Below are positions 1 to 14,200 of a stretch of DNA of 64,000 bases, in pieces (positions within the stretch are counted from its first letter, which is position 1; each line of letters begins with the position of its first letter). Made by a program: the position numbers and the translations under genes. The DNA is from Vicugna vicugna (taxonomy: Eukaryota): assembly GCA_013265495.1 (NCBI GenBank), contig MU058226.1, forward strand, positions 1,016,741 to 1,080,740, in the 5' to 3' direction. The notes beneath the pieces were generated by a model. The model was not told the DNA's origin. It saw only the letters and a list, made by a program, of their open reading frames with translations, and ran no database searches.

Positions 1-272
1 AAATATGTTACATTCCAAGACCACACATACACAAATGTGTTACAAAAGTCAGAGAGACATTTTGGGGTACTCCTTAATGATCTTCTTCGTGCCTGAGGAT
101 AACTGATCAGAGGTACTGTATGCCCCCGTGTATGCAGCTCTGAAGGAACTAGAGAGTGAGGACTGGATACTCTCCTGCCCTCAGGAACTTACAATCCTCT
201 ACCCAGGGAGTCTCCCATCCTCTGTGCTCTTCCCTCTTGCCCTGCATTGGCATCATGTGTCCCGTTCCCCAC

Positions 273-725
273 CTTGTACTCCTGTGTGGCGTCATCCAGT
301 GGCACGACGGTATGGGCCCGGTGGGTGTGGGAAATTGCACATATCAGACAGACAGCCTCCTGGTCCTCATAGCAGAAGAGGCTGAGGGCCTCATGGTGCT
401 GGGGGCAGAGGCTCTCATCTCGGATCTTCCGCTTGACAGCCTGGAGCTGCTTGGCAATTTCCACCATGCTGCCCAGCTGTCGATTAGGCCGGAGACTGCG
501 GTAACGGGAAGTCTTTCGACACACGGGACAAGGGAAGTCCCTCTCTAGGTCCTCCCACCAGCGGGTGATGCAAGCTTTGCAGAAGTTGTGCCCACATTCA
601 ATGATGACGGGCTCCTTCAGATACTCCAGGCACACAGAGCAACTTGCCTCCACCTGTAAGTTCTCCAGAGCTGCAGCTGTGGAGGCTGCAGAGGCCCCAG
701 CCTCTAACAGACTTGTCTCTGCCAT
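273..725 (-). CDS. TRIM39: TRIM39 first coding exon (RING + B-box2, 151 codons); gene continues beyond the left edge
   Basis: Translation MAETSLLEAGASAASTAAALENLQVEASCSVCLEYLKEPVIIECGHNFCKAC...DDATQEYK matches the TRIM39 N-terminus. ATG at 725-723; donor AAG|GTGGGG at 273/272; pyrimidine-rich acceptor ending ...cctcaag at 733. Confidence 0.96.
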
Positions 726-2479
726 TATTTAACTTGAGGTTAGGAAGGAGGCAGAGAAAAGAAACATGTTAGTTAGAGGTTTAATTTTTTTGCATCCCTG
801 GCCTGTCAATTACCCCCATTTTCAATCCTAACTTCAGATTTAGCCCATCTTAGTATTTTACATTTTCTCTTCCACTAGATTCAACCTTTGTTTCTTCACA
901 TCCAAAACCTGATTCCCAGAAATCAATTTGTTTTTTTCTCTTCAGCAAACTGACACCCAATCCCCAATCTCTTCTTTTACCACTTTCTCTCTTTAGAAAC
1001 AGAGGCTTCCTTTAACTCTAGCCTAGGGTACTTCTGAACCAAGTTCATTCCACTTGCATCTCAGAACCAATAGTTTCAGACCAATGTATTCCTAGTTTGA
1101 CGTATTTTTCTAATAGATGAGAAAGGAGTTTGGGAAAGTGAAAAGTACCATAAAAGTCAAAGTATTAATTAATATTTCTTAAATTAAGTCTATTTTAAAC
1201 TGTAATGTTACAGAAGAGTTTTACTACAATAGGTTTAATGGAGCCTAAGCTCAATTTTTTGCCACGACTCTCTCACTCTTTCAAAGGGTAATAAATGATA
1301 ACAACCTCTTCTTTTCAGGAAAGTTTGAAATTATTCTTGCTTTTATCAGGCTAGCCTAGAGGAAGTGTGCCCTCTTCTTGGAATAAAATGATTCATACAA
1401 CAACTGATTTCAATTTTTGTGCATTTGGACGTTTGGAACTGTTGTAAAGTGATAAATTCATGGCAACTATACTAAAGAGTATATTACTGAGCCCAGGGCA
1501 ATAACTTCTTGAAAAGAGAGCTGACAAGTCTATTCTAAATACTCAGCAGTGATTGGAGTCTTTGGAAATAGTTATCGATAACTAATTCCTTGGATGTACT
1601 GGGCCTTCAACTAATAGGTTCTGGAGTGATTGGAACTTAAGAGAGAGAAAAGTAAAGAGGCAAGCAAAAATCTCCCTCAAATGAAGCGTCAAAAAAATTG
1701 GAAATGCATCGAAGAGATTTATAAAGCAAAAGGCTGGTCCTCTATTCCATCCTTAAAACAGTGCCATGAAATTGTTGATTTCTCTATCCCCATAATCCCT
1801 CCTGTCTACCCCTCCTCCCTAAGAGACCCTACAGAGGGAAATTTAGTAGGTCTATGTGTTGAGAGAGAAGTGGCCATGTAATGAGTTGGGTTTACAATGA
1901 TTATTCCTGTATATATTGATGGCATACAAGAAAAGTGTTTAATTTGGAGTAGGAGTTGATAATTTATTTGGACCTGAATTTCTTCCCTCAACCAGGAGAG
2001 AAATTCAGTCAGATAATATTTCTCTACCTAAGGGAATCCAACTTTGACTAGTGACCCTCCCCTTCCCTACTCTTCTAGAAATTAGGTGACTTGAATTGTA
2101 TGCAGTTAGGGACCAGGATAGATCTAGAGTGGCAAAGAAGTGGTGTGAAAGAGATGGGGATAAGGTTAGGAAAGTATGGGGAGAAGACTTGGAGCTACAG
2201 CAATAGTGAGGGCTTGGGTGCCTCTGGGATGGTCATTTCTTTCCCTCAATTTCTCGTGTCTCAGTAGAAGGGCAAACTTCAGGGACGTCCTCATTTTTTT
2301 TCTACCACTGTCCAGGGTCCCACCTTGTGACCCTCTCCAGAGCGTGGTCCACAATTCGGTCCCACCCCCGTCTCCATCTTCTCCCGCCAGACCTGGCGCA
2401 AGGGGACTGGAGAAGGGGGAGAGGAAACCAAGTGGTTGGCAGGGAGGGAGGGATGCATGTCCAGGTGAGGAGGAGGTGT

Positions 2480-3620
2480 GACGTGAAGGTGGGATGCCCG
2501 CCGCTATGACGCAGCCGAGACCCGCGGTGACGGCGTCAAGAGTTTCACCCGGGGAGGCGAGCGGCAGCGGGACGGGGGAACGGCGGGGTAGCCAAGCAAC
2601 GCCAGACGCGCTGACGTCGCCGGGGCGGCAAAACGTCCGCCCGGGCCCGAGGCGGGCGGAGGCAGCTGTGGTTACGTGCGGGGGGCCGGTGACGCAGTCG
2701 CGGGGCGCTGGGACGCGGCGTGCGGAGCCGGCCGGCGGGGGCAGGCCCTAGGGCCCGGGCGCGGCAGCGGGACAGCACCTACCTTCCCGGCTTCGGGTCC
2801 GGGAGTGCGGGGCGCGGAGACGCCGGAGCGCTGCCTCCCTCCTTCCTCCTCCCCCCGCCCCCGCCCCGCAGCGCGACACACAATACTCGCCGGAAGCGGA
2901 AGCCGCGCCGAGAGGCTCGTGTCAGTGGAAGCCGGGGTATCGGCGGGCGGCCGCGGGAGGGCCTAGCGGCGCCTGCGGAAGAAGAAGGCGGGGGGTCGGA
3001 GGTGAGAACCAGCAGGAGGAGTCAAGGGCAAGAAGGGACCCAGAGGGGCAGGTGGCTGAAATGCGGTCGTCCAGGTGACCCGAGGAATCCACTGGCGAAA
3101 GAGGGCCGCGCATGCGCATAGCGAAGCGCTGAAGCCCATTGGCCTCAGGGCGCCTACGGGCATCGGGGCCGGTGAGCCCATCCAGTCCAGGGTGCGGTCC
3201 TGGGCTCTGGCCTGGCTCGGCTGGTCCCGGGTTGGGCCGGGAGCCACCGGGGGCGGGGCAAGGGCGGGTGGCGGACTTTGAGCTACACTTCTCTCTCCTG
3301 GCCAGTCCAGGAGAAGGTGACTCGCCAAGGCGGCGGCCAATTACGTGGCGGACCTGCAGGTCTCAGCTCGTACGTCACTTCCGACTCTGAGTTTTAGCGT
3401 TTTAACATTCACGGATTAGCTCAGTTCTCCCTGCCTTGTCTTTCGATGCTCCTCGCCTTGCCCCTGCTAGGCGGGCTTTATGGAAATAATCTACCTTCCC
3501 CGCTGGAGTGGGAGCCGCGAGGGAGCTGGTACTGCGACTCTGCTGCTTACCTTTGTATCCTGGGCTCCTCTCTCGGGGCCAGACGGCAGTGAGCGCACCG
3601 TGAACACCAGCCGTTCTGGG
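2480..3620. promoter_or_regulatory. CpG-island promoter of TRIM39, probably bidirectional
   Basis: Very GC/CpG-rich. Tandem ETS CCGGAAGCGGAAG ~2890-2902, NRF1 palindrome GCGCATGCGC 3108-3117, ETS-CRE composite TACGTCACTTCCG 3371-3383, CCAAT ~3337, several TGACG half-sites 2478-2700. Minus-strand donor GGAAG|GTAGGT at 2783/2782 is a likely non-coding TRIM39 exon end. Confidence 0.85.
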
Positions 3621-4699
3621 TGTGAGCCAGTCCCGTCTTTTTCCAGTTTGGGGGCTGTGACTTGAGTTTCTCCGTAAGAGCAGATGGTGCTTGTGTAGGG
3701 AACAACGGACTCTTGACTCCTTTGCTCTCGTTGTTGGAAACCTCGCAGGCCTGTGACTTTGGAGGAAGAGGGTGAGGTGATGAGGCTGGGGAAGAGTCGG
3801 CTGTAATGAGACTGGGTGCTGAGTAGGGTTGATGGAGCTGGAGAAGAGTAGGTGCTGGGTAAAGGGGTGATGGGACTGGGGAGAAGCTGGGGCTGGTAAG
3901 GAAGTTAGTACTATGAGTAGACACTGCTGATAGGGCACCTTGCCCCGCCTTCTCATCCCCAACGCTTGGCATGCAGAATTCTTACTGAAAGAGGTGAACG
4001 AAGTTTGGTGTACCCTCCAAAGTGGAGATGGCCCAGTGGCCCAGCTTGTGTCTGTGTAAGTTGTGATGCTGTTTACAAACACTGCAGTATTTAACCTCTC
4101 ACTCTGGGAGCCAGGAATTACTTATTTGCAGAAAATATCAAATACGCAGGTGTAAAGTTTTAGGGTCAGGCACGCAATTGATCTATTTCTTTCTTGACCG
4201 TTCTTTGCTTTTTGTTCACTTTTCTTTTTTTCAGTAGCCAGTGATTTGAAGAGGATTAAACTTGACAAATTACATTTATTAACTTTTTTCTCATTGCTGT
4301 TTGGCCCTTGGGAATTTTAGCAGCAGTACTTGTTCTAGTTCATTGAATGCCTCAGTTCTAAGTTAGGGTAATTTGAAAGCCACTAACTGGGTGATCAACC
4401 TCTTTATTTAGCCTTGCTTTGTAGGGAGAGTGATGATAATGAGATTTGGTTCTTGTTTTGATTTGTAACTTTCAAGGTGTTGGTTCCTACCTTCTGGCTT
4501 TCTGTTTGTAGGCGACCAGGGATGTGATTATATTAAGGAAATTTCCAGGAGGAAGTGCATTTCCAAGGAGCAGGAAGAATGTGTTGGTCTGGAGACTAAT
4601 ACATTATTAAGAGGACTTTACCCTCAATATGGAAGGAAAGGGGGGACAATGTCTAGGTAAAACTATAAAATTACGAAGGGCATGTAGTATGTCATAAAA

Positions 4700-4960
4700 C
4701 GGGCTGGCAAACCTTTCCTGTAAAGAGCCAGATAAGATATATTTTTGTTGTCCCTACTCAACTATGTCTTTGTAGTGTGAAAATAGCATTAGAATATACT
4801 AAATGAATGAGCATTGCTGAAATTTGAATTTCATATAAATTCTTCACATGTCATGAAATTTTATTCTCCTTTTGATTTTACCCCAATCATTTAAAAATCT
4901 GAAAACATTCTTTAGCTTGTGGGCTGTACAAACACAGGTAGCAGATAGTAGTTTTCTGAC
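4700..4960. mobile_element. MER58-like hAT MITE
   Basis: Ends GGGCTGGCAAACCTTTCCTGTAAAGAGCCAGATA ... GTAGTTTTCTGACCACTG resemble the MER58 consensus (recalled). Confidence 0.6.
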
Positions 4961-5689
4961 CACTGACATAAAATAATAAAGTACTCAGTATTTTTCAAGA
5001 GGGAAAGATGGTGAACACAATGCTTTGATCTCTTATTTCTATCTGTCCATATGATAACACATAAAATAATAATAAAGGAAATTTGAGCTCTTAACACAAA
5101 TTTGTTATGACCTGTGAGACTTGGTCAGCTGAGATTTGTGAATGTACTAGGATACAAGTACATTCTTTGAACAAGGAAAAGTATTCCTTATCTAAAATTA
5201 AAAAGGATTGTAGTTTAGGGAGGTGGAATAGCACTGATTTGTGATGTTGATTTATACCAAGGGATTTCCAACATAGGAATATGCAAAAATGCATTATAAT
5301 AATTAAATTTTTAAAAATACGCACTTTAATATTGTTTTTATATCAGGAAGACATATCTGATACATCTTTTATATCAGAAGATAGCTTGGAACCACTGAGT
5401 CATATTGAGGAAAAGGATAGCAGTGCAGGTAGAAAACTGGTTGAGGTCAGATATGGTGGGATGGGGAGGGCGAGGGTTCAACTGTCCAGACTTCTGAAAT
5501 TCTTACTCAGAAAAAGGCAAAGCATCTAATTTTCTGCCACCATTTTTTTTTCATTTTAAAAATTATGAATAATTTCAAACATACAGAAAAATAGTTGTCA
5601 ATTCGCTTTTTATGCTTTACATTGGATATCTTTTATCTTTCCAGTTCAGTCACAGGGAGCTGGCTCCTTTTTGTTTTGTTTTATTTTGA

Positions 5690-5812
5690 GGGGGAGACAA
5701 TTAGATTTTTACTTATTTGCTTGTTTATTATTTTAATGGAGGTACTGGGGATTGAACCCAGGACCTTGGGCATGTTAGGCAAACACTCTACCACTGAGCT
5801 ATACCCTTCCCT
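5690..5812 (-). mobile_element. tRNA-derived SINE (camelid-type); other copies at ~6915-7005(-), 9250-9358(-), 15965-16050(+), 19350-19455(-), 24945-25035(-), 28282-28365(+), 33610-33720(-), 37610-37705(-), 45650-45765(-), 57225-57318(-), 61470-61580(-)
   Basis: Recurrent core GGAGGTACTGGGGATTGAACCCAGGACC...CACTCTACCACTGAGCTATACC, the reverse complement of a tRNA-like head with Pol III A and B boxes plus an A-rich tail. Confidence 0.9.
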
Positions 5813-7265
5813 CAGCTCCTTTTTCATGTCTGTTTTTACTTCATTGTGCGGACATATAATTTATTAAACTATTTTATTTAGAGAAGACATTTAGGATCTT
5901 TCTAAGTCTTACTAAATAAAGGCTGTAGTGAACGTCCTTGCGTATGTATCTTTTTTCCCCAGTTTTATTGAGATGTAATCAATATATAACACTGTTAGTT
6001 CGGGGTGTACAACATGACTTGAGGTATTTGCATATGTATCTTTAGATTGTCATTCCATATATTAGTAGGAAGCTGAGCTGCTGAGTCAAAAGACTTGGAA
6101 ATTTAAAATTCTAATAGTCTTCCAGTTTCTGTCCCATAAGGTAATACCTCTATGCCCACACCAGCATATTATAAGATAGTCTGTTTCCCTACAGTGGAGC
6201 CTGTGCCGATATTTTCATATTTAAAAATATTTGCTAATATTTTTCACTGAAAAATTTTAATGTATAACAGATCTTGTTCTGCATGTAATGTACATTTTCC
6301 AATCTTTTATCAGCAAGTGGGCATTTACTTAGTTTTCTATTGGTTGTTACTTACTTAGTTTCCTTTTTTGCCTTAGTTTCTTTTCTTTTTTCTTTCTTTT
6401 TTTTTTTTGTTGCTACTTCATGAACAGTGTTAAAGGGTCTTTGAATGCATTTTTCTTATGGGCTAGTGATTTTACTACTGTGAGAAAGGTTCTTGGGTTG
6501 AAGGATATTACGTACAATCAGCCCTCCATATCCTTGGTTCTATATCCAGAATGGAGAGCTGACTACTACGCCATTTTTTAGAAGGGCCTTGAGCATCGGT
6601 GGATCGCGTTACCGTGACGGACGACTGCACTACTAATTTTAATGGATATTGCCTTACTGCTTTTTAAGAAAGCTGTTATTCTTTACATTTTCCTTGGCAG
6701 CAATGTATGAGCTTTCCCCTTTCCATATCCCCAGCAGAGACAGTTATTATCTATGTTTTTATTTTTTCTAACCTATAAAAAGATGTCTTAGTTATTTAAA
6801 TTACATTTTCTCTTCCTCAGTAATTTTAAGTATCTTTTTGTTATTATTGTGTGTTTGTCATTGGGATTTTTAAATTTTTTTCGTAAGTTTTATTTTATTT
6901 TTGCGCGGCTGGGTAATTTGTTTGTTTTTAATGGAGATATTGGGGAATGAACCTAGAACCTCATGCGTGCTAAGCACCCAGTCTACCACTGAGCTATATT
7001 CTCCCCACCAGGATATGTTTTTTTGTGGATTTCCAGTCCTGTCCTTTGCCTGTTTTTCCTGTTGAGTTGTTTGTCTCTTGCTTACCAGTTTCTACATACA
7101 TACACATGCTCACGCAGGACATACTGTCCTTATTAAGAAATCCAGCCTGACCCGCAGATTCTAATTTACTTTCCTAGGTTTTCTTATGGTATTTCTTATT
7201 TTTTACATTTAAATCTTTATTTAAAAGAATGTGATATAATGGGAAGATCTTTATTTTTCTCTAGA

Positions 7266-7590
7266 GCAGTGCTGTTCAATAGAAGTAAAATGCAAGACAC
7301 ATGTAATTTTGTTTTCTAGTCGAAGCTGCATTAAAAAAGTAAGAAACAGGTGAAATACATATTTTCTTAGTGTATTTTATTTCACCAACTTAACCCATTA
7401 TATCAAAAGTATTTTTATTCTTATATGTAATCAGTTTAAAATATTTGTTAGTTATTTTATGGTTCTTTTCTCATACTAAGTCTTTGAAATCTGGTGTGTA
7501 TTTTGTACTTACATCAAATCTCAATTCAGACTAGGCACATTTTAGTGCTCAGTGGCCACCTGTGGCTAGTGGCTACTGTTGAAACAGCAT
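7266..7590. mobile_element. MER33-like hAT MITE
   Basis: CAGTGCTGTTCAATAGAA ... GTGGCTAGTGGCTACTGTTGAAACAGCA termini. Confidence 0.6.
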
Positions 7591-10500
7591 GCATTAGATG
7601 GATGGCTAGTTGTGCTAGCTCCATTTATTAAATAATAATTCTTTTTTCATTGAATTAAACTATCACAGTTGTCATACATGAAATTCTGTCATAGATCTAT
7701 TTCTGGATTTTTGATTCTCTGTTCTAATGTCATCTATTTATCTCTTCTTATATCAACACCATAGATTTTATTTCATTGACTTTATAGTATTTTCTGAAAT
7801 CTAGAAAGACAAGTCTCTATTGTTATTTTTATACTTTTGCTTTGTTGTTCTTTGATGTGTATTCTGTATAAACTCTGAAATCATTTTTTCTATTTCCTTC
7901 CCTCAAAAAACCCCTATTGTGATTCTACATGGAGAAGCATTAAATGTATAACTTAATTTGGGTATAGTTGGCATATTTTTATACTGTCTTTCCAGCCAAG
8001 AATGTGGGTTGTTCTCCATTTGTTCAGGTCTTGTTTTATTTCTTCAGTAAGATCTTCAGTTTTTAAAAAAAACAGATTCTTTTATCATTTTTATTACTAT
8101 TATGAATGGAGATTTCCCCTCAGTTTCTGATAAGCAAACCAGGTGCTTCATTGCTCGAACAGAGAAGAAATAATTGATATTTGATCATTTCTCACATCTA
8201 GATCCCCACCATAATCACCTACTACTAATAATAGATTTTTAACTATTGAGTTTATTTAAGTATTACTGGCACTGTATGGTTTCACAGGTTTCCCCAGATA
8301 ATTCTTGTGCATTTGGGCTAGAGAGGTGCATTTGAGAGATGCTAATCTGTATGCTAAAGATTCTCCAAATCTATTTCAGGCTTATATCTCTTCTGAAACT
8401 CACATACCTAGACCTCAATGTATGCCTGAGATTTTTCTCTCTCACTCTCTCACAACTACTGTGTTACTAAATCTGTCTCAGTAGGCTCCCTGCCCCTTTT
8501 GACCCCTTTCCAGCTCAAGCACAGATTTGATTTTCTTCCTCCACTGTTCAGTAGCTTTCTAGTGGCTTCAGGATCACATCCAAACTCCTTAGCATAGCAC
8601 GTACCGCATGAAACACAGTTGGCCCCCTCCACAGCACTCATTTCTTTGTTCCACAAGCACCTGCCACACTGGGCTTTACATAGTTCCCCAAACATTGTTT
8701 CAGTTCTTACCTTTTAAAACTTTATAAGGGTGTCATTTCTCTAATTCCTAGCTGGTTCTCTGAACTTCTTTTCTGGCTCTCATAACATCTATACATGTGC
8801 CCTCATCCCATATCTTGTTTTTGTTTATATGTCTCCTTAATTAGACTGAAGGATAAAAATTGGAACCTAATACATTTATGGCACATACATGCTTAATAAA
8901 TAAAGAATAAATTCCCCAAGTTCTTGGTTCCTGTCTCTTTTCCATAGTAACTGTCTCTTTTCCATAGTAATTAGCAAGAAAATGTTTACAATGAGAAGGA
9001 GCACAGTGCTTTCTTTTCAGGAGCAGTAAGGGATTGGGGAAGGAATTTTCCTTTTACCCTACAGTTTCTTGGCCAGGAAATTCTGAGGAGTACAGTGCAT
9101 GTCATAGCTTTACCAAGGAAAGCAGAGCGAGTCTCAGCTAGCCAGGCCTGTGGCTTTCCTGTCTAGCATTACACTACTATTCCTTTGCGTGGGGTTTTTG
9201 GCCTCTCACTTTTTTGGAAGGGTAGGGGTGGAGGTGGGGAGGAGGGAGGTAATTAGGTTTACCTGTTTGTTTATTTTTTTTTAATGGAGGTGCTGGGGAT
9301 TGAACCCAGGACCTCGTGCATCCTAAGCATGTGCTCTAACACTGAGCTATACCCTCCCATGGCCTCTCTTAGTCCAGAATTTATGCCATTATATTACACT
9401 TCTGAGCATGGGGTTTTTGCACCTTGTAGTATTCTAAATTGGTCTTTTGCTTCCCTCTCTCCCCTGAAATATATTTTTTAATTAAGTCATTAAGATTTTA
9501 AGTCACTAACTAAAAAAATCTTAATATCATTTATTTTATGATTCTAAATATAGGTAGTATAGGTCCTCATTGCAGATTTGTTGCTTTATAATTAAAAGTT
9601 GAATTCTAGTGTATGTAGGAGGTTACTCCCTGGTTGTCAGTGGTAAGAATAGGAAAATAGTGAACTTTCTCCTGTGCTAGGAAAAAAATCATTTATTTGT
9701 TCTTTCCTGTGGTGATCTTTAGGGTCATAATAAATAACATCCTTTTTTTCTCCCTGCCAGCTTTAGAACAAGAAAGAGATCCAGGAGTCGGAAACTAAAA
9801 TACCACTTTTAATTTTGTGAATCTAATTGGAGGGAATAGCTCAGAAATAGCTTGTTGATTTGCTTACCCTTCCTTGAATTGAACTTGCCACTCAACACTT
9901 GAGGCCTACTTTCCCTCACCCCTCTCCCCCATCATCAGAACTTGCCATCTAAGCTTCCATATGGATGAGAGCAGATGAGAAATCATCCTTTCTGCATGAA
10001 GATGAAGAGGAAAAGGCAAGGAGGTAGGCCAGGCATCAACTCCTGCTCTAAACCTGCTGATCAGTCCTCACAAGGCCAGAGGTCAGGAGTTTCTTTGAAC
10101 ACTTTTAGAAATGTGACTCCTTTGTCTTCTAGCTTGCATGGTTTCTGATGAGAAATCTGATGAAACTCTTTGGCAAGCTGTGCTGTTTGCTGACAGGAGG
10201 CCTCAGTTTCTCACCACAGAAATCTTCCGTTAAGATTGCTTGAGCATCCTTATGACATGGCTGTTGACATTCCCCACAGCAAGTGACAAGAGAGAGAGCA
10301 TGGAGGAAGCTACAGCGTCCTTAAATCCTGGCCTCAGAATTCACCCTTCATCAACTGTGCCACATTCTGTTTGTTAGAAGTGGGTCACTAAAAACAACCC
10401 ATGCTCAAAGGCAGGGGCATTAGCCTCTGCCTTCTGAAGTGAAGAGTGTCAAAGAATTTGTAGATATTAAAAAAAAAACTACTACAGAAATTAAAGGGTC

Positions 10501-10721
10501 TCACCTTATAGAGCCTTTAGAAGTAAGTTCCCTTATCCTTTACATCACCTATGAAGGTGCTGTTTTGATTTGAATTGCTCATTCTGCTGCTCTTAGAGTA
10601 CCCCTTTCCATGTGCTAATACAGTTACTACGGTCGATACCTATCCTTTTCTATCTGATAAGATAAAAAAAAAAAACCCAACTCCTAGGGCTCGTGGAAGG
10701 GAAACGTGTACTATTTGGGGT

Positions 10722-10964
10722 ATGTATTAGTTTCCTAGGGTGGCTGTAACAAGGTATCACAGACTGTTGGCTTAAAACAGCAAAGTTTATTCTCCCACAG
10801 TTTTGGAGGCCAGAAGATTGAAATCAAGGTGTTGGTCAGGGTGATGGCTTCTGGAGGCTCTGAGGGAGAATCTGTTCTATGCCTCTCTCCTGGCTTCTGG
10901 TGGTTGCTGGCAATCCTTTTTTCCTTGGTTTAGAGAAGCAACAGTCCATTGTCACATGGCATTC

Positions 10965-10999
<35 letters not shown>

Positions 11000-11215
11000 A
11001 AAATTCTCTCTTCTGAGGTTCTCTTTGGACGTCTGCCTGGTACCAAAATTCTCTCTTCTGATAAGGGTGCCAGTCATTGGATTAAGGTCCACCTTAATGC
11101 AGTATGCCCTCATTTTAACTTGATTACATCTGCAAAGACCCTATTTCCAAATAAGGTAACATTCTGAGGTTCCTGGTGGGCATGAATTTTGGGGGGACAC
11201 TATTTAACCCAATAT
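10722..11215 (-). mobile_element. MLT1 (MaLR) LTR containing a (TG)n microsatellite
   Basis: TGTATTAGTTTCCTAGGGTGGCTGTAACAA...TTTCCAAATAAGGTAACATTCTGAGG, typical MLT1; TG repeat ~10968-10997. A similar MLT1 copy lies at ~32205-32560. Confidence 0.75.
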
Positions 11216-14200
11216 AGGATATAAATATTAAAATTCACTAGTGTCTCTAGACACTTCACCAGAGGGAAGTTTCCATGACACTACAACCTCCAGATGTCCT
11301 CGAGTAGGTCAGTGAACTGTCAAATTGTAGAATCATGGCTGCTACTTGTTCTTATGTACATATTTGGTTACTGGAAGCCAAGAGAATTAGTACTAAGTAG
11401 AACAGGTTGAAAATAGTAACAGGCATAAAGATGATTCTTCTAACCACTTTTATGTACCCTCTCATTGTCAGCTGAGCCTGAGAAAGTTGCCACTTTTGAT
11501 CATCTGACTCTGTGTCATCATAGCATCTTTTTTGATTACTTGGTACCAAGGGGAGAGGGATCATACCAGAGGTTATTGCTTGCATCCTTTGGTCTGTAGG
11601 CAAAGCCTTTTTTCAGATCACACAAGTGCAAAGTGTACTCATCTAAATGACACTTTAGTAGAGGAATCAAGGGATTGTCAAGCTCTTGCCTACTCCCTTA
11701 CTTGATATGCATAGAGGGGGCACTTTTGTCTTCTAGGAAAGAGTGCAGAATTTGGTTTCTTTATTCTCAAGCTGACCCTACTTTAGGGAGGGGACCAAAA
11801 GGAGAAGAGACTGCTCCCAGTACAGTGAGTATATAGAAGATATTCTATAAATGTTTGTTGAATTAAGAAATTTTTTTTTCCATTATAGGAGTAGCTCTTT
11901 GCCATAATAGTAGCTAATATTTACCTATATAGTGCTTTGTCTCCTTTGACTTCCACAACATCAGTATGTGGAAGGTTTTATTACTCCAGCTCTCCCCACC
12001 ATCAAATTATCATCTATCTAAACTATATGTAGTTCCCTAAATCTAGTGTCCTGTTTCACAGCTTGATGCCTTTTTTACTTCTTCCTGGATTCCTCCTTAT
12101 CTTGCTCCCCTCTCCAATTTGTTAATATTTCTCTCTGCACTACTTTTGTACTTTTATAATGTTCTTGAATTATATATTTTTTATCTGTCCTCCACTGGAC
12201 TGGGTGCTACTTGAGAGCAGAAATTGTCTGTTTTCCCATCCCCTAAAAGTGTCTGACACATAGGAGGCCTTAGCTCAAAGAAGGAAGCCAAGTTGGAATG
12301 AATGAATAATTTGCCTAAGGTCACACAGCTGGTGTATGACAGAGCCAGGAAACTAGATCTTTAACCAATTAACAACCATAAAGAACAAACACTGCACAGG
12401 TTCAGGAGATCCAAGGATTAACCCTAAGTTGGCAACTCTTGTGTTATTCTACCTATGTGAGATACTGTACATTTATGATATTTTGGTTCTCATTTGTAAA
12501 ACTCTTTTTAGGACCATCAACTAAATGTTCTTTTTGTATGTATTTCATCCAAAGAAACTGAAAAAGTCTCAATTCCCTACAGATTCTTGTTGAGAGAAGT
12601 GGCTGAAGAGAGCTGCTGGCTATCATGAAGGGATAGAGAATTTCCTTCTCTGGCTCAAGAGCACCCCTCCTATGAGGAGTTTAGACTAGGGCCCTGTTGG
12701 AACTTATGTTCCAAGTCTTTGTACCTCGCCTGAATGCTCTCCATTGGTGACCCCACTACCTTTTATTCTTTCTTTCCTTCATCTGCATGTTGAGATGTGA
12801 CAGTTCCTCATTCGTTTGGGTGTGGAACTCTTGATTTGTGGGAGTGACTTCTTTTTGCTCTCCATGGTCCTGAAAGATGTCCCTGAGTTTCCTGAAAGTT
12901 TCTGTTTCCCAAATGCAGGTTTGAGTTTTCATTTGTTTTTGAAGAAAAACAACATGGCAGATGATCTGCTAATGACTGACTGGAAACCACAGGAGAATGA
13001 AAGGCACTACCCAGGTGGTAGAGTCAGATTTTCTGTTCTTTTGCATTTCTCCATCTCTCCTTCTTGTAGTCTCTTTTCCTTTGGCTGTCTCAGTGAGTCC
13101 AGCTCTACTTCTCTTGTTGCTGAGGTCTCAGACCTTATGATTTACTCTAGAGGTGCTGGCAAGACTGAGCTCAGATTTGGGATTAAGGAGATTAGGACTG
13201 GAGAAGTATTTGGTAGCCACCATCTTCAACACACGCTATTGCTGTGGGTAGAATTCCATATTTAGAAACTAAGGATATGCAAGCTAGAGCAGTAACCTCT
13301 TGTCCATGGGAATCTAGCTTACTGGAGGTGAGAGAGTGAGTCTACTAACCAGAGAATAAAGGGAAGTTTAAGACAATGTTTATTCCTGATAATTTTGCTC
13401 TCTTAGGCCTAGATAAAGATTGGAGATCTGTTGGATCCTGACTATTCAAAGCATGTTTGTCAAAGGACAGCAGCATCAGCTTCATCTAGGAGTTTGTTAG
13501 AAATACAGAATCTCAGGCCCAGCACCAGATTTGCAAGATCATTTTAACAAGATCCACAGAGAGTTTGCTAATGTATTAACATTTCAAAATCACTGCTCTT
13601 GGACCTTCTTTCTCAAGTGTGATCTGAAAACATCTAGAGCTTTTCTTAAGAAGCAAATTCTTAAGCTCTGCTCTAGAGGGACTGTATCTGGCTCTCTGCA
13701 GGAATCTGTGCTTTAGCAAGCACCCTGGGTTCCTGTGCACACTAACATTTGAGGTCCACTGCTTTAGATGTAGGAAGTTTGAGCAGGGAAGGGTTATGGG
13801 CTAGAAATGGAATGATGATATTTAGGAACTGTACATAAATCCCTTGACTCCTGCTGAGACCAGTGGAGCTGATCCAGTTGATATGTGGAGAACACAGATC
13901 TCTTACTGTCCTCAAGAATCACCTGGATGTGATAGCAGGGAGGCTGCCATTTCTGTTCCCTTACTGATGGCCAGTAAATGATAGGAACCAGTGACCCTGG
14001 TGATTAAAAGCTCATTTCTGGGCAATTTCTCATGAGAGACCACATGAAAGCCATGTTCATTTCAAGGATATAGGGTCAGCTGTGCCTCCAGCCCATGGAG
14101 GCCAAAAGTGGGACTATTTCCCTGTAAAAGAATCCTGAAAAGTAAAAATGGTGATTTGATTATCCCCAGGTATTTATTCTATCAGGCTGGGTTCCCACAT

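Noticed and set aside
2494..4082. Many overlapping ORFs of 60-226 aa in the CpG island
   Set aside because: Low-complexity Arg/Gly/Pro-rich frames on both strands, expected from high GC; no recognisable domain.
5737..5812. tRNA-like sequences with A/B boxes
   Set aside because: Diverged multi-copy SINE heads with A-rich tails, not tRNA genes.
13015..13140. Minus-strand charged peptide (RSETSATREVELDSLRQPKEKRLQE) as a possible TRIM coiled-coil exon
   Set aside because: No convincing splice signals or recognisable similarity; cannot be supported without an HMM search.
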